Shown one piece after another: positions 28,383-37,877 of a DNA stretch of 59,825 nt. The stretch lies in the NCBI GenBank assembly GCA_903847415.1, contig CAINDR010000054.1:1-59825 (forward strand), written 5' to 3'. The position numbers and the translations under genes were made by a program. The notes beneath the pieces were generated by a model. It was not told the DNA's origin, made no database searches, and saw only the letters and a program-made list of their open reading frames with translations. Source of the DNA: Candidatus Falkowbacteria bacterium. GTDB lineage: Bacteria; Patescibacteriota; Patescibacteriia; Patescibacteriales; UBA12465. Position 1 is the first letter of the stretch. Every line of letters starts with the position of its first letter.

Positions 28383-29135
28383 TTATTGAAGAATATCGAT
28401 TAATTCAACAAAAGTCACAGTTGTTCCACTTTCACCACCGGTAGCATAGTTGATAACCATATTCTTAACCTTAATAATTACTTTCTTGTTATACTTCTCT
28501 TCTGAGCTGCCAGTTGTCATGTTTTTTTGCAGATCATCCAACTCGGGAATTTTTTTGGCAATCTCTTTTTTAGCTATTTCACTATTTTCAATCATTAAGT
28601 TTGGACTTCCGCAAACTAGTCCTTTGATCTCTGATAACTTTTTTCCTTGATCAATTGAATTTCCTCGAGAAAGATCGGGGAGTGCAGAATGTTTATCTGG
28701 ATAGAAAAATAAACCGCTGCCAGATTCGGCTAAAACCAAAGTTCCAGACAATATTTGCTCTCCTTTGAAATAAATACGACCGCTATAATCTTCTTCACAA
28801 TCTTTTTCGCAAAAATTACCGTCAATTGCTGATATTTTTAAAGATCCAAAAACATCACCAGACCTTAAAGAAGATATTTTTACTGGTACTTTTGAGCACT
28901 GATAGATCAAAGACTTATTGATTGATTTTTTAGTTTTGAAATCACTAACCACATTAATTACTGAAGACGACTTAACGCCCCCTGGATTAACTTGACGCTC
29001 AAGAGAATAAAGAGAAGCGGTTAGCGCGGCAATCACTGCTGCAAACAGAGACAGGGAAAAAATTATGATTACCACAAAATCTTTTTTACTCGTCACCACA
29101 AATTTTGTTGTTTTTTTAACAATTTTTTTATTCAT
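28383..29135 (-). CDS. hypothetical N-terminally anchored protein
   Basis: 250-aa ORF with a single TM (VVIIIFSLSLFAAVIAALTASLY). Confidence 0.55.
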   Translation of the reverse strand: MNKKIVKKTTKFVVTSKKDFVVIIIFSLSLFAAVIAALTASLYSLERQVNPGGVKSSSVINVVSDFKTKKSINKSLIYQCSKVPVKISSLRSGDVFGSLKISAIDGNFCEKDCEEDYSGRIYFKGEQILSGTLVLAESGSGLFFYPDKHSALPDLSRGNSIDQGKKLSEIKGLVCGSPNLMIENSEIAKKEIAKKIPELDDLQKNMTTGSSEEKYNKKVIIKVKNMVINYATGGESGTTVTFVELIDILQ

Positions 29136-29157
29136 ATTTTTAAATTAAACTAAAAAA

Positions 29158-31011
29158 TTATTTCACGAGCTGATCAGTTTCCAAATTAAGAACTTTTCTA
29201 CCCTGTTGAGGTGAATTAAAGATAGCACTTTCAATCCGACTACCACTTTGTCTTTGCCAATAAAGTTCATATTTCCCTGCCTGATACTGTTCAAATATTG
29301 TATTCGGCAAACGATATTTTAAGGTTATTTCCCCGCTTTGTTGAGTATCTACCATTAGAAAGAAGCCGAAAATAGTTTTATTTAAAACTTTATCCTCAAT
29401 CACATCAACCTTGCTCGCAGCCCCATTAAGACTGATTAAGGTGCTGCCAAGAGGAGCCAAAACTCTCGTGTAGCTTCTATACTTGGTTGTGCGCCAGTCT
29501 TTTTTTCCATCATGACGGTACTTTAAACTTAAATTAGCATTTAAAGTTTGATCATTGTTTTCTAAAGAATACAACCAATTTTTTCCAACAACTGCATCGC
29601 TTTTAAAGGCGGCGAGATTGGCATCAACAATCATTAAATAATCGCTACTTGGATTTTTAATTTCCCCAGCCCAACCAAAATTTTTAATTAATTCTTGTCC
29701 AGAAGAATTATTTAAATAAATTTGAATATTTTTTTCAGCTAAATTATTATTTACCAATAATATAATTTTTGAATAATCTTGAGAAGGCAAAGCAAATAAT
29801 CTCTTTTTCAGTTCTGCAAAAATATCATTAATGACTTCTTTGCGGTCCCAAGAAGAAATATTCTGTTTAACATAACTCATTTCCACTTCATATTGAAGAA
29901 GTTCTTGAAAGTTATCTCCTTTATACAAAACATTTTTAACTTTGATTGGGCCAACCAAATCAATTAGATCAGCAGCGAAAGAAGGGTTAATTGCGATAAC
30001 GCCATTAAAATCAAGAGGATTCTTTTGATCTAAAATTAATTCGCGACGATAGATTTCTTCAATTTGACGAGCAGAACTTGGCCAATCTGGTGACCAATTA
30101 GCATCACGCAAAAACCAACGATTAACTTTTAGATAATCTTTCAAAGGAGCTGGTGGGTAGATATCCAGAGTATCCTTGACTGGCATATCGAGATGATAAA
30201 CATCTTCGGCAAAAAAACTTTTTAAGGCGCCATTTTGAACTTCTAAAATTCCATAAGTCCCCAGAAAGCCGCCGGTCGGTCTTAACTCGTCGTTGTTTTG
30301 AAGCATAATCAAAAATCTTGCTGGCTCAGGGCTACCAACAAAATAACCAGACAACTCAGTAATCGGAATCACTGAGCTTAGGAGATAATTGGCTTCGGTT
30401 AGTTTTTGATCAATATCTTTAATCTGTGAAGTAAGTGGCAATAAAATCCCAATTTCATGAATTTTTTCAATATTTAAGCGAGCAAGATTTAAATCGGCTT
30501 TGATACCATTCAACTCTGGAGCGCTTTCTTTGGCTAAACGAAACAAATCCTGTTTTTTCTGATCAGATAAGTTATTAAAATCTCCAGATGCTGAAGAAGA
30601 AATAACTGTTTGAAAGCGGTCAGCGAGCAATGATCCATTAACAATCGCTCGACTCAGAATCTCTCCTGTTTTTGTTAAATAGTTCAAATCATCAATTTGA
30701 TTGCGATATACAAAAAAATTTTTCATCCACGGTTTTTCAGAAATTACTTGTAAATCTTGCCCGGCTTGAATAAAATTTTCTTGTGCTTTTTCTGCCTGCT
30801 TAGCGGCGGTTTTAAAATCTTTACTTTTGACCGCATTAACTGCCTCATTAATCTCCGTCTTTGCACTCATTTCTGCAACAAAGAAAGATCGAAAACGATT
30901 AATTGTTGGGAGAAAAAATAATAAAAATAAAATAAAAACTCCAACCAAGATCCAGGAAGCAGTTTTTAGTAATAATAAGATTATTTTGATACTATTTTGG
31001 CGCCAGGGCAT
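29158..31011 (-). CDS. DUF4012-domain membrane-anchored protein
   Basis: N-terminal TM, then NNDELRPTGGFLGTYG and NANLAAFKSD-type motifs that I associate with DUF4012. Confidence 0.75.
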   Translation of the reverse strand: MPWRQNSIKIILLLLKTASWILVGVFILFLLFFLPTINRFRSFFVAEMSAKTEINEAVNAVKSKDFKTAAKQAEKAQENFIQAGQDLQVISEKPWMKNFFVYRNQIDDLNYLTKTGEILSRAIVNGSLLADRFQTVISSSASGDFNNLSDQKKQDLFRLAKESAPELNGIKADLNLARLNIEKIHEIGILLPLTSQIKDIDQKLTEANYLLSSVIPITELSGYFVGSPEPARFLIMLQNNDELRPTGGFLGTYGILEVQNGALKSFFAEDVYHLDMPVKDTLDIYPPAPLKDYLKVNRWFLRDANWSPDWPSSARQIEEIYRRELILDQKNPLDFNGVIAINPSFAADLIDLVGPIKVKNVLYKGDNFQELLQYEVEMSYVKQNISSWDRKEVINDIFAELKKRLFALPSQDYSKIILLVNNNLAEKNIQIYLNNSSGQELIKNFGWAGEIKNPSSDYLMIVDANLAAFKSDAVVGKNWLYSLENNDQTLNANLSLKYRHDGKKDWRTTKYRSYTRVLAPLGSTLISLNGAASKVDVIEDKVLNKTIFGFFLMVDTQQSGEITLKYRLPNTIFEQYQAGKYELYWQRQSGSRIESAIFNSPQQGRKVLNLETDQLVK

Positions 31012-31017
31012 AATTTT

Positions 31018-31638
31018 TTATTTAACTTTCCCCTTATTAATTGCGATTTCATCATCAACTAAAACAATTTTTTTGCCATGAATAATATTGTAAATAAAGA
31101 AATCAGCGATATCTACTCGATAACGATATTCACGATAATCCATGATGGTATAATTTAATTCACGGCCCAAATCTTCTTCCAATTCACTAATTAAGGGAAT
31201 AATTTTTTCTCGATTAAATCGACCAACTAATAAAATATCGGTTTGTGATTTTGAATTATTGGCCAGAGTGCCACTTAAAATTAATACTTTTGGTGAACAG
31301 GCATTTTTTAATTTTTGGACGAATTCATTGCTAGAAAGAATTTGAGATTTTACGACTAACGATTTAATCTCCGGAAAAAGAACAAAATCTTGATCAACAT
31401 GATAATATTTTTTATCAGTTTTATTTCTTTCTTGATCTTCTTGAGTTGGCAGGTCACGATGCTCATCAGCGATTAACAAGCCAAAAGACTGAAGATTTTC
31501 CAGTTCTCTTCTTACTGAATTGACTTGCATTTTTAAATCACGAGCAAGTTGGCGAAGATAAAATTTTTCATTCTGATTAAGAACAAATACTTTTAAGAGC
31601 TTCACTCTTGCTTGAGATCCAAATAACTTAGTTAGCAT
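31018..31638 (-). CDS. winged-helix (ArsR/MarR-like) transcriptional regulator with C-terminal nucleotidyltransferase-like domain
   Basis: FGSQARVKLLKVFVLNQNEKFYLRQLARDLKMQVNSVRRELENLQSFGLL. Confidence 0.65.
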   Translation of the reverse strand: MLTKLFGSQARVKLLKVFVLNQNEKFYLRQLARDLKMQVNSVRRELENLQSFGLLIADEHRDLPTQEDQERNKTDKKYYHVDQDFVLFPEIKSLVVKSQILSSNEFVQKLKNACSPKVLILSGTLANNSKSQTDILLVGRFNREKIIPLISELEEDLGRELNYTIMDYREYRYRVDIADFFIYNIIHGKKIVLVDDEIAINKGKVK

Positions 31639-31726
31639 TTATTTATTCACTGCTTTGTTGTATAATAATGATATAACAAGAGACCAAAAGCGTCAAACTA
31701 AAAATTTATCAAGACTAACATTTTTT

Positions 31727-33991
31727 ATGTATAAAATTGCTCCATTAATTCTTAATTCTGGGAAAAAAACTGGTGGTGCTGGCCAAATCTTTATCGCTCA
31801 ACCAGATGCACTCAAAGAAGATTTAGCTGGCAAGCTCTTTATCCTTTTTGAAGCAAAAGGAAAAAGTAGTGATTTAAGTCAAGTTGCTGATTTCTTGGTT
31901 GCTAATTTAAATTATTATTATTACGAAAACGAAAAATTATCTTTGCTCGGCAAGATGAAGGATCTGAAACCAGCAAATATTTTTGAAAATGCTCTCGCAA
32001 AAACCAACTCAGAGTTCTGGGAGTGGATTAATAAAGAAAAATTATCCTTCAATCCTCTCAATGCTAGCATCACCGCCGGGATTGTTTTGGAGCAAGAAAT
32101 TCATTTTTCATCTTTTGGAAGCAATAAGATCCAATTAGTTTTTAAAAAAAATGGTGACTATGGTTTAGTCGATTTATTAAAAAATGAGCCAGAAATCGAA
32201 GGTTTTGGAAATAAAATATTTTCTTCAGTAGTCAGTGGAGAGCTTCCACCAGACTCTTCTTTTGTTTTATCCAATGAAGCTTTTTTGGAATACATCAATA
32301 AAAGTGAATTAAAAGATATTATTTCTAAGCTACCACCGATTAGCGCCTCTGAACAATTAAAAAATATCCTCATGGGCGCAAACTCTTTTGTCCCCTTTTT
32401 GGCGATTATCATTAAAAGCGCAAAGATAGGCAGTGAAAATCGTGATGTAACTTATAGCGACTCTGCTAGTGCTCATTCTTCGATGAATAATTTGAATTAT
32501 ACCGAAGAAAAAACCGAGAGACTACTTTCGCCAATTGGTATTATTAATTTTAAAAAAAGTGCCAAAAAGCTGGGAGGATTTTTTGAAAGATTTATTCCTA
32601 GTCCTAGAAGTCCAGAATTAATTCAGAATAATTATCAAAATGAAGATCAGAGTAAGTCTCCCTTCATCTCTCCAATCAGTAATGGTCCGCAAAAAATAGG
32701 AATTTCTGGAACCATGCGGCGTAAGTCAATTCAAAATAAAAAAAATGGCACATCATTTGGGGACCTATTAAAAATGGGATTGGTAATAATTATCAGCGGA
32801 ATCAAAAAAATACCCTTAATTTTTAATCTAAATTCCTGGAAATCATTGCCAAAAAAAATAAAAACCTGGATTTTATCCCTAAACTTAAGCCAAAAAATCT
32901 TATTTTCGATAATGGTTATTGGTATTTTTATTTTGATTGGTAGCCTTTTTTCTACCGAAAGTATTAATAAATCTCGAGAAGAAAAGAAAATCAGTTTGGC
33001 AACTATTGCGGCTATTAAAGAAAAAGAAAACCAAATTGATTATTATCTCCTTTATGGCAACGAAGATGGGGCAAAAATTATCGCTCAAAAAATTAAAATG
33101 GACTTCGCTAATCTAACTCAGAAATATCAAGAGAATAAAGAAGTAAAAACTTTGCAGGAAAAATTTGCAACCCAACTGGCTAAAATAGAACATCTTAATA
33201 AAGTGGAGGCTATTGAAATTTTTGATTTTGCCAGCAATCAGCCCGGAGCGAAACCAGAAACTATTTATTTAAAAGATTTCTCTCTTTTCGCTTTTGATAG
33301 CGTGTCCAAAACTTCTTTTCTTTATGATTTAAAAAATTCAGAAGCTGCAAAAAATCAAATCACAAAATTAGATTCACCAATTTTTGGTACTAGTGATAAA
33401 ACGGGAAATGTGTTTGTGTTCAGCGGACAAAATATTGGAAAATTAAATGCGAATCAAAACTCACTAGAATTCACTCCCGTAACTCTTGAGGGACAACAAA
33501 TGATCGTTGGCTTGGATACGTTTGTTAACAAAATGTATCTGCTAGATGGAAGTAATGGTCAAATTTATCGTTACGCTCTCAAGGACGGAAAATATCAAGG
33601 CGGTGAAGCTCGTTTAAAAATTCCAGCTGGACCAGATGCTATTACCTTCACAATCGATAAGCTGTCTGATAATAGCCCGATATTCTTAGTTAAAAAGAAT
33701 GGTGAAATTCAAAAATACTTAAACGGCGAAAAACAATCCTTCACTTCTGATTCCCTGTTCCCTGGCTCTGAGGGGATTTCTAAAATTATTTTAAATAATA
33801 ACAATCTTTACTTAGTAGATCGGCAGGAGAAAAGAATTATTGTTTTTGCTTTAGACGCTGGAAAAACGAGAGCAAAATTTAAAGCTCAATATCAATTCAC
33901 AAATTTATCCGAATTACGTGATGCGACAATCGGCGGAAATACTGCTTATCTACTAAGTGGTAGTAAAATTTATCGAGCGGAATTGAAATAA
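31727..33991 (+). CDS. large hypothetical protein with a central TM segment and a C-terminal beta-propeller-like region
   Basis: The ORF track starts at TTG 31655, only 16 nt from the divergent gene and upstream of a TATAAT at 31661-31666. The ATG at 31727 (MYKIAPL) is the more plausible start. Confidence 0.6.
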   Translation: MYKIAPLILNSGKKTGGAGQIFIAQPDALKEDLAGKLFILFEAKGKSSDLSQVADFLVANLNYYYYENEKLSLLGKMKDLKPANIFENALAKTNSEFWEWINKEKLSFNPLNASITAGIVLEQEIHFSSFGSNKIQLVFKKNGDYGLVDLLKNEPEIEGFGNKIFSSVVSGELPPDSSFVLSNEAFLEYINKSELKDIISKLPPISASEQLKNILMGANSFVPFLAIIIKSAKIGSENRDVTYSDSASAHSSMNNLNYTEEKTERLLSPIGIINFKKSAKKLGGFFERFIPSPRSPELIQNNYQNEDQSKSPFISPISNGPQKIGISGTMRRKSIQNKKNGTSFGDLLKMGLVIIISGIKKIPLIFNLNSWKSLPKKIKTWILSLNLSQKILFSIMVIGIFILIGSLFSTESINKSREEKKISLATIAAIKEKENQIDYYLLYGNEDGAKIIAQKIKMDFANLTQKYQENKEVKTLQEKFATQLAKIEHLNKVEAIEIFDFASNQPGAKPETIYLKDFSLFAFDSVSKTSFLYDLKNSEAAKNQITKLDSPIFGTSDKTGNVFVFSGQNIGKLNANQNSLEFTPVTLEGQQMIVGLDTFVNKMYLLDGSNGQIYRYALKDGKYQGGEARLKIPAGPDAITFTIDKLSDNSPIFLVKKNGEIQKYLNGEKQSFTSDSLFPGSEGISKIILNNNNLYLVDRQEKRIIVFALDAGKTRAKFKAQYQFTNLSELRDATIGGNTAYLLSGSKIYRAELK

Positions 33992-34014
33992 AAATAGTAA
34001 GAGTCTACCAAATA

Positions 34015-34042
34015 CAAAAAACACCCTTTCGGGTGTTTTTTG
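34015..34042. terminator. bidirectional terminator between 31727..33991 and rplL
   Basis: ACACCC-tttc-GGGTGT flanked by A5 and T6. Confidence 0.75.
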
Positions 34043-34075
34043 TTTTGAAGTATTTTTCTAAGTGGCTTAAATAGC

Positions 34076-34477
34076 TTATTTCAAAGTTACTTTTGCACCA
34101 GCTTCTTCTAATTCTTTCTTGATTTTTTCAGCTTCTTCCTTCTTAACGCCTTCACGAACCATCTTTGGTGCAGCGTCTACTAAATCTTTAGCTTCTTTTA
34201 AGCCAAGTTCAGTCAAAGTGCGAACAACTTTAATTACATTAATTTTGCTTGCACCAGCATCAGTCAATTCGATATCAAATGTATCTTTAACTTCAGCAAC
34301 TTCAGCGCCTGCAGCAGGACCAGCAGCCATCATCATAGCTGGAGCAGAAGCAGAAACACCAAATTTTTCTTCTAAGATTTTAACTAATTCAGCTAAATCC
34401 AAAACACTCATTTTTTCGATTTCACTAACGAGGGAAGCAAATTTTGCTGGTACCTCGATTTCTTTTTTGTCTTCCAT
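34076..34477 (-). CDS. rplL: 50S ribosomal protein L7/L12
   Basis: [20 protein letters not shown], an Ala-rich hinge, and C-terminal [18 protein letters not shown]. Confidence 0.93.
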   Translation of the reverse strand: MEDKKEIEVPAKFASLVSEIEKMSVLDLAELVKILEEKFGVSASAPAMMMAAGPAAGAEVAEVKDTFDIELTDAGASKINVIKVVRTLTELGLKEAKDLVDAAPKMVREGVKKEEAEKIKKELEEAGAKVTLK

Positions 34478-34507
34478 AGATTTAAAATTAATTTTATTTT
34501 TTATAAG

Positions 34508-35035
34508 TTAGGCTTTTTTCTCTTCAATCGCTTTTAGAACATAAACGAAATTGCGTAAATTTCCGGCTAAAGCGTTGACGAAACCGGAGATAGGCGCGTT
34601 CAAAGAACCGACCAACTTGGCATACAATTCAGTTTTGCTTGGTAATTGAGCTAAAGCGATTACTTCATCTTTGGAAAGAATTTTTCCCTCCAAAATACCA
34701 CCTAAGAAAAAAATATTTGCTTCTTTTCCTTTGGCGAAAGCATGAACTGCTTTTGCTGGCGAAACTTCATCTTCGTAAGAGAAGATTGCCGCTACTTTAC
34801 CGTCAAAACCTCTTGCATTCAAGCCTTCAATTCCCTGATTTTTGAAAGCCAAGTTCATCAAAGTCTTTTTTGCTACAAAATACTCACCATTTTCGGCGCG
34901 TAATTTTTCACGCAAAGCTTCGTTGTCCTTAACCCCCAAAGCATTGAAGCCAGCGAAAACAATTGATTTGGATTTTCCAATTTTTGCTTCCAAGCTTCGT
35001 AGAATTTCTTGCTTTTGGATTTTTGTTTTTGGCAT
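34508..35035 (-). CDS. rplJ: 50S ribosomal protein L10
   Basis: Length, position immediately upstream of rplL, and motifs FAGFNALGVKDNEALREKLR and LPSKTELYAKLVG. Confidence 0.92.
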   Translation of the reverse strand: MPKTKIQKQEILRSLEAKIGKSKSIVFAGFNALGVKDNEALREKLRAENGEYFVAKKTLMNLAFKNQGIEGLNARGFDGKVAAIFSYEDEVSPAKAVHAFAKGKEANIFFLGGILEGKILSKDEVIALAQLPSKTELYAKLVGSLNAPISGFVNALAGNLRNFVYVLKAIEEKKA

Positions 35036-35174
35036 ATATATTAAGTTATATATAAATAATAAAAAAGCGACCTTTCGGCCACAGAGGAAAATAAGCTAAA
35101 AATAGCTAAATTATCGCCTCGGCAAGACTTATTGATGTCGCTTGCGGTCTGTGGCTTTGCTTCTTGTTATCTAA
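35036..35174 (-). promoter_or_regulatory. structured 5' leader of rplJ (candidate L10 leader / attenuator)
   Basis: About 140-nt leader. Long-range complements are GCCACAGA/TCTGTGGC and GCGAC/GTCGC. A GGCC-GAAA-GGTC hairpin followed by TTTTTT lies just before the rplJ start. Confidence 0.4.
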
Positions 35175-35202
35175 ATAATAGCATAAATACGTTGGGTGTC
35201 AA
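35175..35202 (-). promoter_or_regulatory. sigma70-type promoter for rplJ-rplL
   Basis: On the minus strand: TTGACA (35197-35202), 16 nt, TGcTATTAT (-10 at 35175-35180). Confidence 0.55.
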
Positions 35203-35213
35203 GAGTTGAGGAT

Positions 35214-35242
35214 ATAAAAAAGGGTTAGATCTCTCTAACCCT
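35214..35242 (-). terminator. intrinsic terminator after the AlaE-like gene
   Basis: AGGGTTAG-atctct-CTAACCCT with a minus-strand T-run. Overlaps the stop codon. Confidence 0.65.
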
Positions 35243-35963
35243 TTGCGAATTTTCTTTTAGAAAAATATACTCTGGTTTTATCCAGAATATATCCAAACAA
35301 CCACCCAAAAATCATGTTATCAAATAAGTAAATTAAACTTAAAAATAAGACAACGTGGTAATCAATTCCCAAAATTAATGCTGAAAAAACATATGCTGGG
35401 ATTTGATAAAGGGATAATGAGATTCCGTCAGAAATACCTTTCACAATAAAAATAATAATTTTATCGGAAATTACAAATTGTGATAAAAGATAAAACTTAT
35501 TACTAATTAAAGCTAATTTTAAAGAAAGAAACAACACCAATCGCCTTTTAGTGGAATAAAAGAGTGAAATAGTGATTATTTCAAAAAAATCACTAATTTT
35601 TTTAAACAAATAATGAACGGAAAAGAAAAGAGCCTGATAAACAAATTGACGAAACAATTTATTGTTAATCTTTACTCTTAGCTGATCAGTCATTTTTCCA
35701 AGGAAGTAAACTCCCAATAATCTAATAAGATTATAGAGAATTCTCACTTGCCACCATTGATTTATTTCTACTTGAGCAATTAATACCTCGTAGATAATTG
35801 TGACGATGCTAGTTACTACCCCAAAAATAATAAAAGCGATTGTATCCACTTTTATTCTTTCCCAGATTTTCTGGGATCGAGATTTTATTACCGCTAAAAA
35901 AATAGCAATAATAAGAGAATCAGATCGAAAACGATCAATTAAAATTACTACTATTTTTTCCAT
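35235..35963 (-). CDS. AlaE-like (L-alanine exporter family) membrane protein with a central insertion
   Basis: VDTIAFIIFG..IYEV near the N-terminus and YQIPAYVFSALILGIDYH...GWLFGYILDKTRVYF near the C-terminus resemble E. coli AlaE as I recall it. It is about 90 aa longer. Confidence 0.45.
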   Translation of the reverse strand: MEKIVVILIDRFRSDSLIIAIFLAVIKSRSQKIWERIKVDTIAFIIFGVVTSIVTIIYEVLIAQVEINQWWQVRILYNLIRLLGVYFLGKMTDQLRVKINNKLFRQFVYQALFFSVHYLFKKISDFFEIITISLFYSTKRRLVLFLSLKLALISNKFYLLSQFVISDKIIIFIVKGISDGISLSLYQIPAYVFSALILGIDYHVVLFLSLIYLFDNMIFGWLFGYILDKTRVYFSKRKFAKG

Positions 35964-36025
35964 TTATTTAATTTTTAATGAATTTATGCCTATTTAAAAT
36001 ACCGCTATTTTTTATTTTAGTCAAA

Positions 36026-36056
36026 TTAAAAAGCGAACCTGTCTGATTCGCTTTAA
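36026..36056 (-). terminator. intrinsic terminator after the tandem-domain gene
   Basis: AAAGCGAA-cctgtctga-TTCGCTTT with a minus-strand T-run. Confidence 0.6.
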
Positions 36057-36068
36057 AATATTTTCTTA

Positions 36069-36485
36069 TTATTTGGCTTCAATAATTTCTCTGCGCCTAT
36101 CCGCTAACCACGAATCCCAGGTTGCTAAATATTGAGGAAATTGCATTTTATTTTCAATAATATAATTTAGCCACTCTTCGGCTAAATCAAACTCCCCTCT
36201 TTTTAAAGCCTCCCTGAAATCACTAGTTTTTCTCATCCCAAATTTTTTAATTAATTCTTGTTGTGCCTCTTCTTTGCTTCGAATTTCTAGATTTTCTTGC
36301 TTACCAGAATTTTTTATCTCTTGGTAAATCAGAATATCGTTTTCTCTGTCTGCCAACCACGAATCCCAGGTTGCTTCATATTGAGGAAAATTTACTCTAT
36401 TTTCCACTATATAATTAAGCCAGTTCTTAGCTAATTCAAGATTTCCTTGTTGCAAGGCTACTTGAAAATCGCTAGTTTTTCTCAA
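36069..36485 (-). CDS. hypothetical protein made of two tandem copies of an approximately 60-aa domain (RKTSDF..ALxxG...A..WLNYIxEN...FPQY.ATWDSWLADR)
   Basis: The listed ORF begins at TTG. The same frame continues upstream to ATG 36585-36587 but is broken by TAA at 36510-36512. Confidence 0.55.
   Translation of the reverse strand: MRKTSDFQVALQQGNLELAKNWLNYIVENRVNFPQYEATWDSWLADRENDILIYQEIKNSGKQENLEIRSKEEAQQELIKKFGMRKTSDFREALKRGEFDLAEEWLNYIIENKMQFPQYLATWDSWLADRRREIIEAK
36108..36375 (-). repeat. in-gene tandem duplication, 249-nt period
   Basis: CCACGAATCCCAGGTTGCT occurs at 36108-36126 and 36357-36375, and the surrounding codons encode the same domain twice. Confidence 0.7.
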
Positions 36486-36633
36486 ACCAAATTTTTCAAT
36501 TAATTCGTCTTAAGCCTCTTCTTTGGTTCTTTTTTCCATTTCTTGATTGTTTTTGTTGTTATTAATGAATGACTGTTCGCTAATCATAATTTTAGATTAA
36601 TTATTATTTACTATAATGATAGCACTTTTTTAA

Positions 36634-37794
36634 TTAATAAGCTTTTTTTGTTCCTCTCTTTCTTCCAAAGTTAGCAAAACGATGCGCTTCTTCCCTCACC
36701 TTCAATAATACTGGTTTAAGATTTTTAGAAAGTTCTTTGGAATTATTTTTAGTGCCCCGAGCAAAAATTAATTTATCACCACCAAATTTTGAGATACCAA
36801 CGAGTGATGGGCGTAAATTTAATTTTGCTAATTCACGTGTTAAGAAAGAGATCTGTGGTGAGCCACCATCAATCATAATCAAATCTGGCAAAGGCCATTC
36901 GGTGTGCTTAAAACGACGAATCAAAACCTCCAACAAAGCCCTTTCATCATCACCATCGTGCGCTTCTTTCAACTTAAATAAACGATACTGTGCCCGGTCA
37001 GCTTCTGCGCCAGAAAATACAACCATTGAACCATAGGCTTCTTTACCTGCTAAATGAGAGATGTCGTATCCCTCGATGCGATTCAAATGTGGAGTATCCA
37101 AATTCTCTTCCCTCATTAACAAGGAAACATCTTGTAGGTGGAGCAAGGCTTTTTCTTGAAGCGGATTCTCTTTCGCTAATTGTTTTAATAATCTGGTTCT
37201 CTCGCCAGACAATAACATTTCTAAATGTTTAATATTCTTCTGGTAATCTTTTTTATTAATCGTCCCCAAACAAGCTCCAGGACATAGTCCCACTTGATAA
37301 TCAAAACAGGCCTTACCATTTTCCGGCACACAAGTACTCCAAGGGAAAACCCGGCGAATCAAACGAAGGGCGTTGGCGATTAAAGTTTGTGATTGATATG
37401 GTCCAAAAACTTTGTATTTATCTTCTGGAAACTTCTTGAGGTCTTGGCCACGGATGATTACTGGTTTTGGATAATCACCAGGACTAATCACAACATAAAT
37501 AAATGAACGATTATCACGATCACGAACATTATACTTCGGCCAATGACTTTTAATCTCTTTTGCTTCCAGAATAATTGCCTCCAGGAGAGTTTCTGTTTCC
37601 ACCCAACGCAAATTACGAGCACTGGCCACCATTTCGGCAATGCGAGGTTCAACATTCTTCTGAAAATATTGAGAAAGCCGATTTTTGAGACTGGTCGCCC
37701 GCCCAACATAAAGAACTTCTCCCAATTCATCTAACCAAAAATAGACGCCAGGCGCTTTGGGAGCTAATTTCAGTTTTTCTTTAAGATTGGGCAT
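36634..37794 (-). CDS. uvrC: excinuclease ABC subunit C, compact form
   Basis: GIY-YIG region (GVYFWLDELGEVLYVGRATSLKNRL), Cys cluster CFDYQVGLCPGAC, and 5'-nuclease residues IEGYDISH, DGDDERAL, IDGG, REEAHRFA. Only 386 aa. Confidence 0.88.
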   Translation of the reverse strand: MPNLKEKLKLAPKAPGVYFWLDELGEVLYVGRATSLKNRLSQYFQKNVEPRIAEMVASARNLRWVETETLLEAIILEAKEIKSHWPKYNVRDRDNRSFIYVVISPGDYPKPVIIRGQDLKKFPEDKYKVFGPYQSQTLIANALRLIRRVFPWSTCVPENGKACFDYQVGLCPGACLGTINKKDYQKNIKHLEMLLSGERTRLLKQLAKENPLQEKALLHLQDVSLLMREENLDTPHLNRIEGYDISHLAGKEAYGSMVVFSGAEADRAQYRLFKLKEAHDGDDERALLEVLIRRFKHTEWPLPDLIMIDGGSPQISFLTRELAKLNLRPSLVGISKFGGDKLIFARGTKNNSKELSKNLKPVLLKVREEAHRFANFGRKRGTKKAY

Positions 37795-37808
37795 AATTTA
37801 CGTAAGAC

Positions 37809-37837
37809 TTGACATATAACTATTTCTGTGATACAAT
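37809..37837 (+). promoter_or_regulatory. sigma70-type promoter for 37878..38147
   Basis: TTGACA (37809-37814), 17 nt, TGaTACAAT (-10 at 37832-37837). Confidence 0.55.
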
Positions 37838-37877
37838 TTCTTTACAATTAACAGGAATTATTTAACAAACAAAAATA

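Noticed and set aside
31655-31726. The TTG start at 31655 for the 778-aa ORF.
   Set aside because: It would leave 16 nt for two divergent promoters, and it lies upstream of a TATAAT box (31661-31666). The ATG at 31727 is preferred.
36510-36512. The in-frame TAA as evidence for an alternative genetic code.
   Set aside because: TAA, TAG and TGA all terminate well-supported genes in this window, for example dnaX (TAA), ftsQ-like (TGA) and the AlaE-like gene (TAG). No other gene needs readthrough.
36069-36587. A 249-nt periodic repeat, considered as a possible CRISPR or other non-coding array.
   Set aside because: There are only two to three units. The period is a multiple of three, and the repeats translate into the same protein domain. 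This is a coding duplication.
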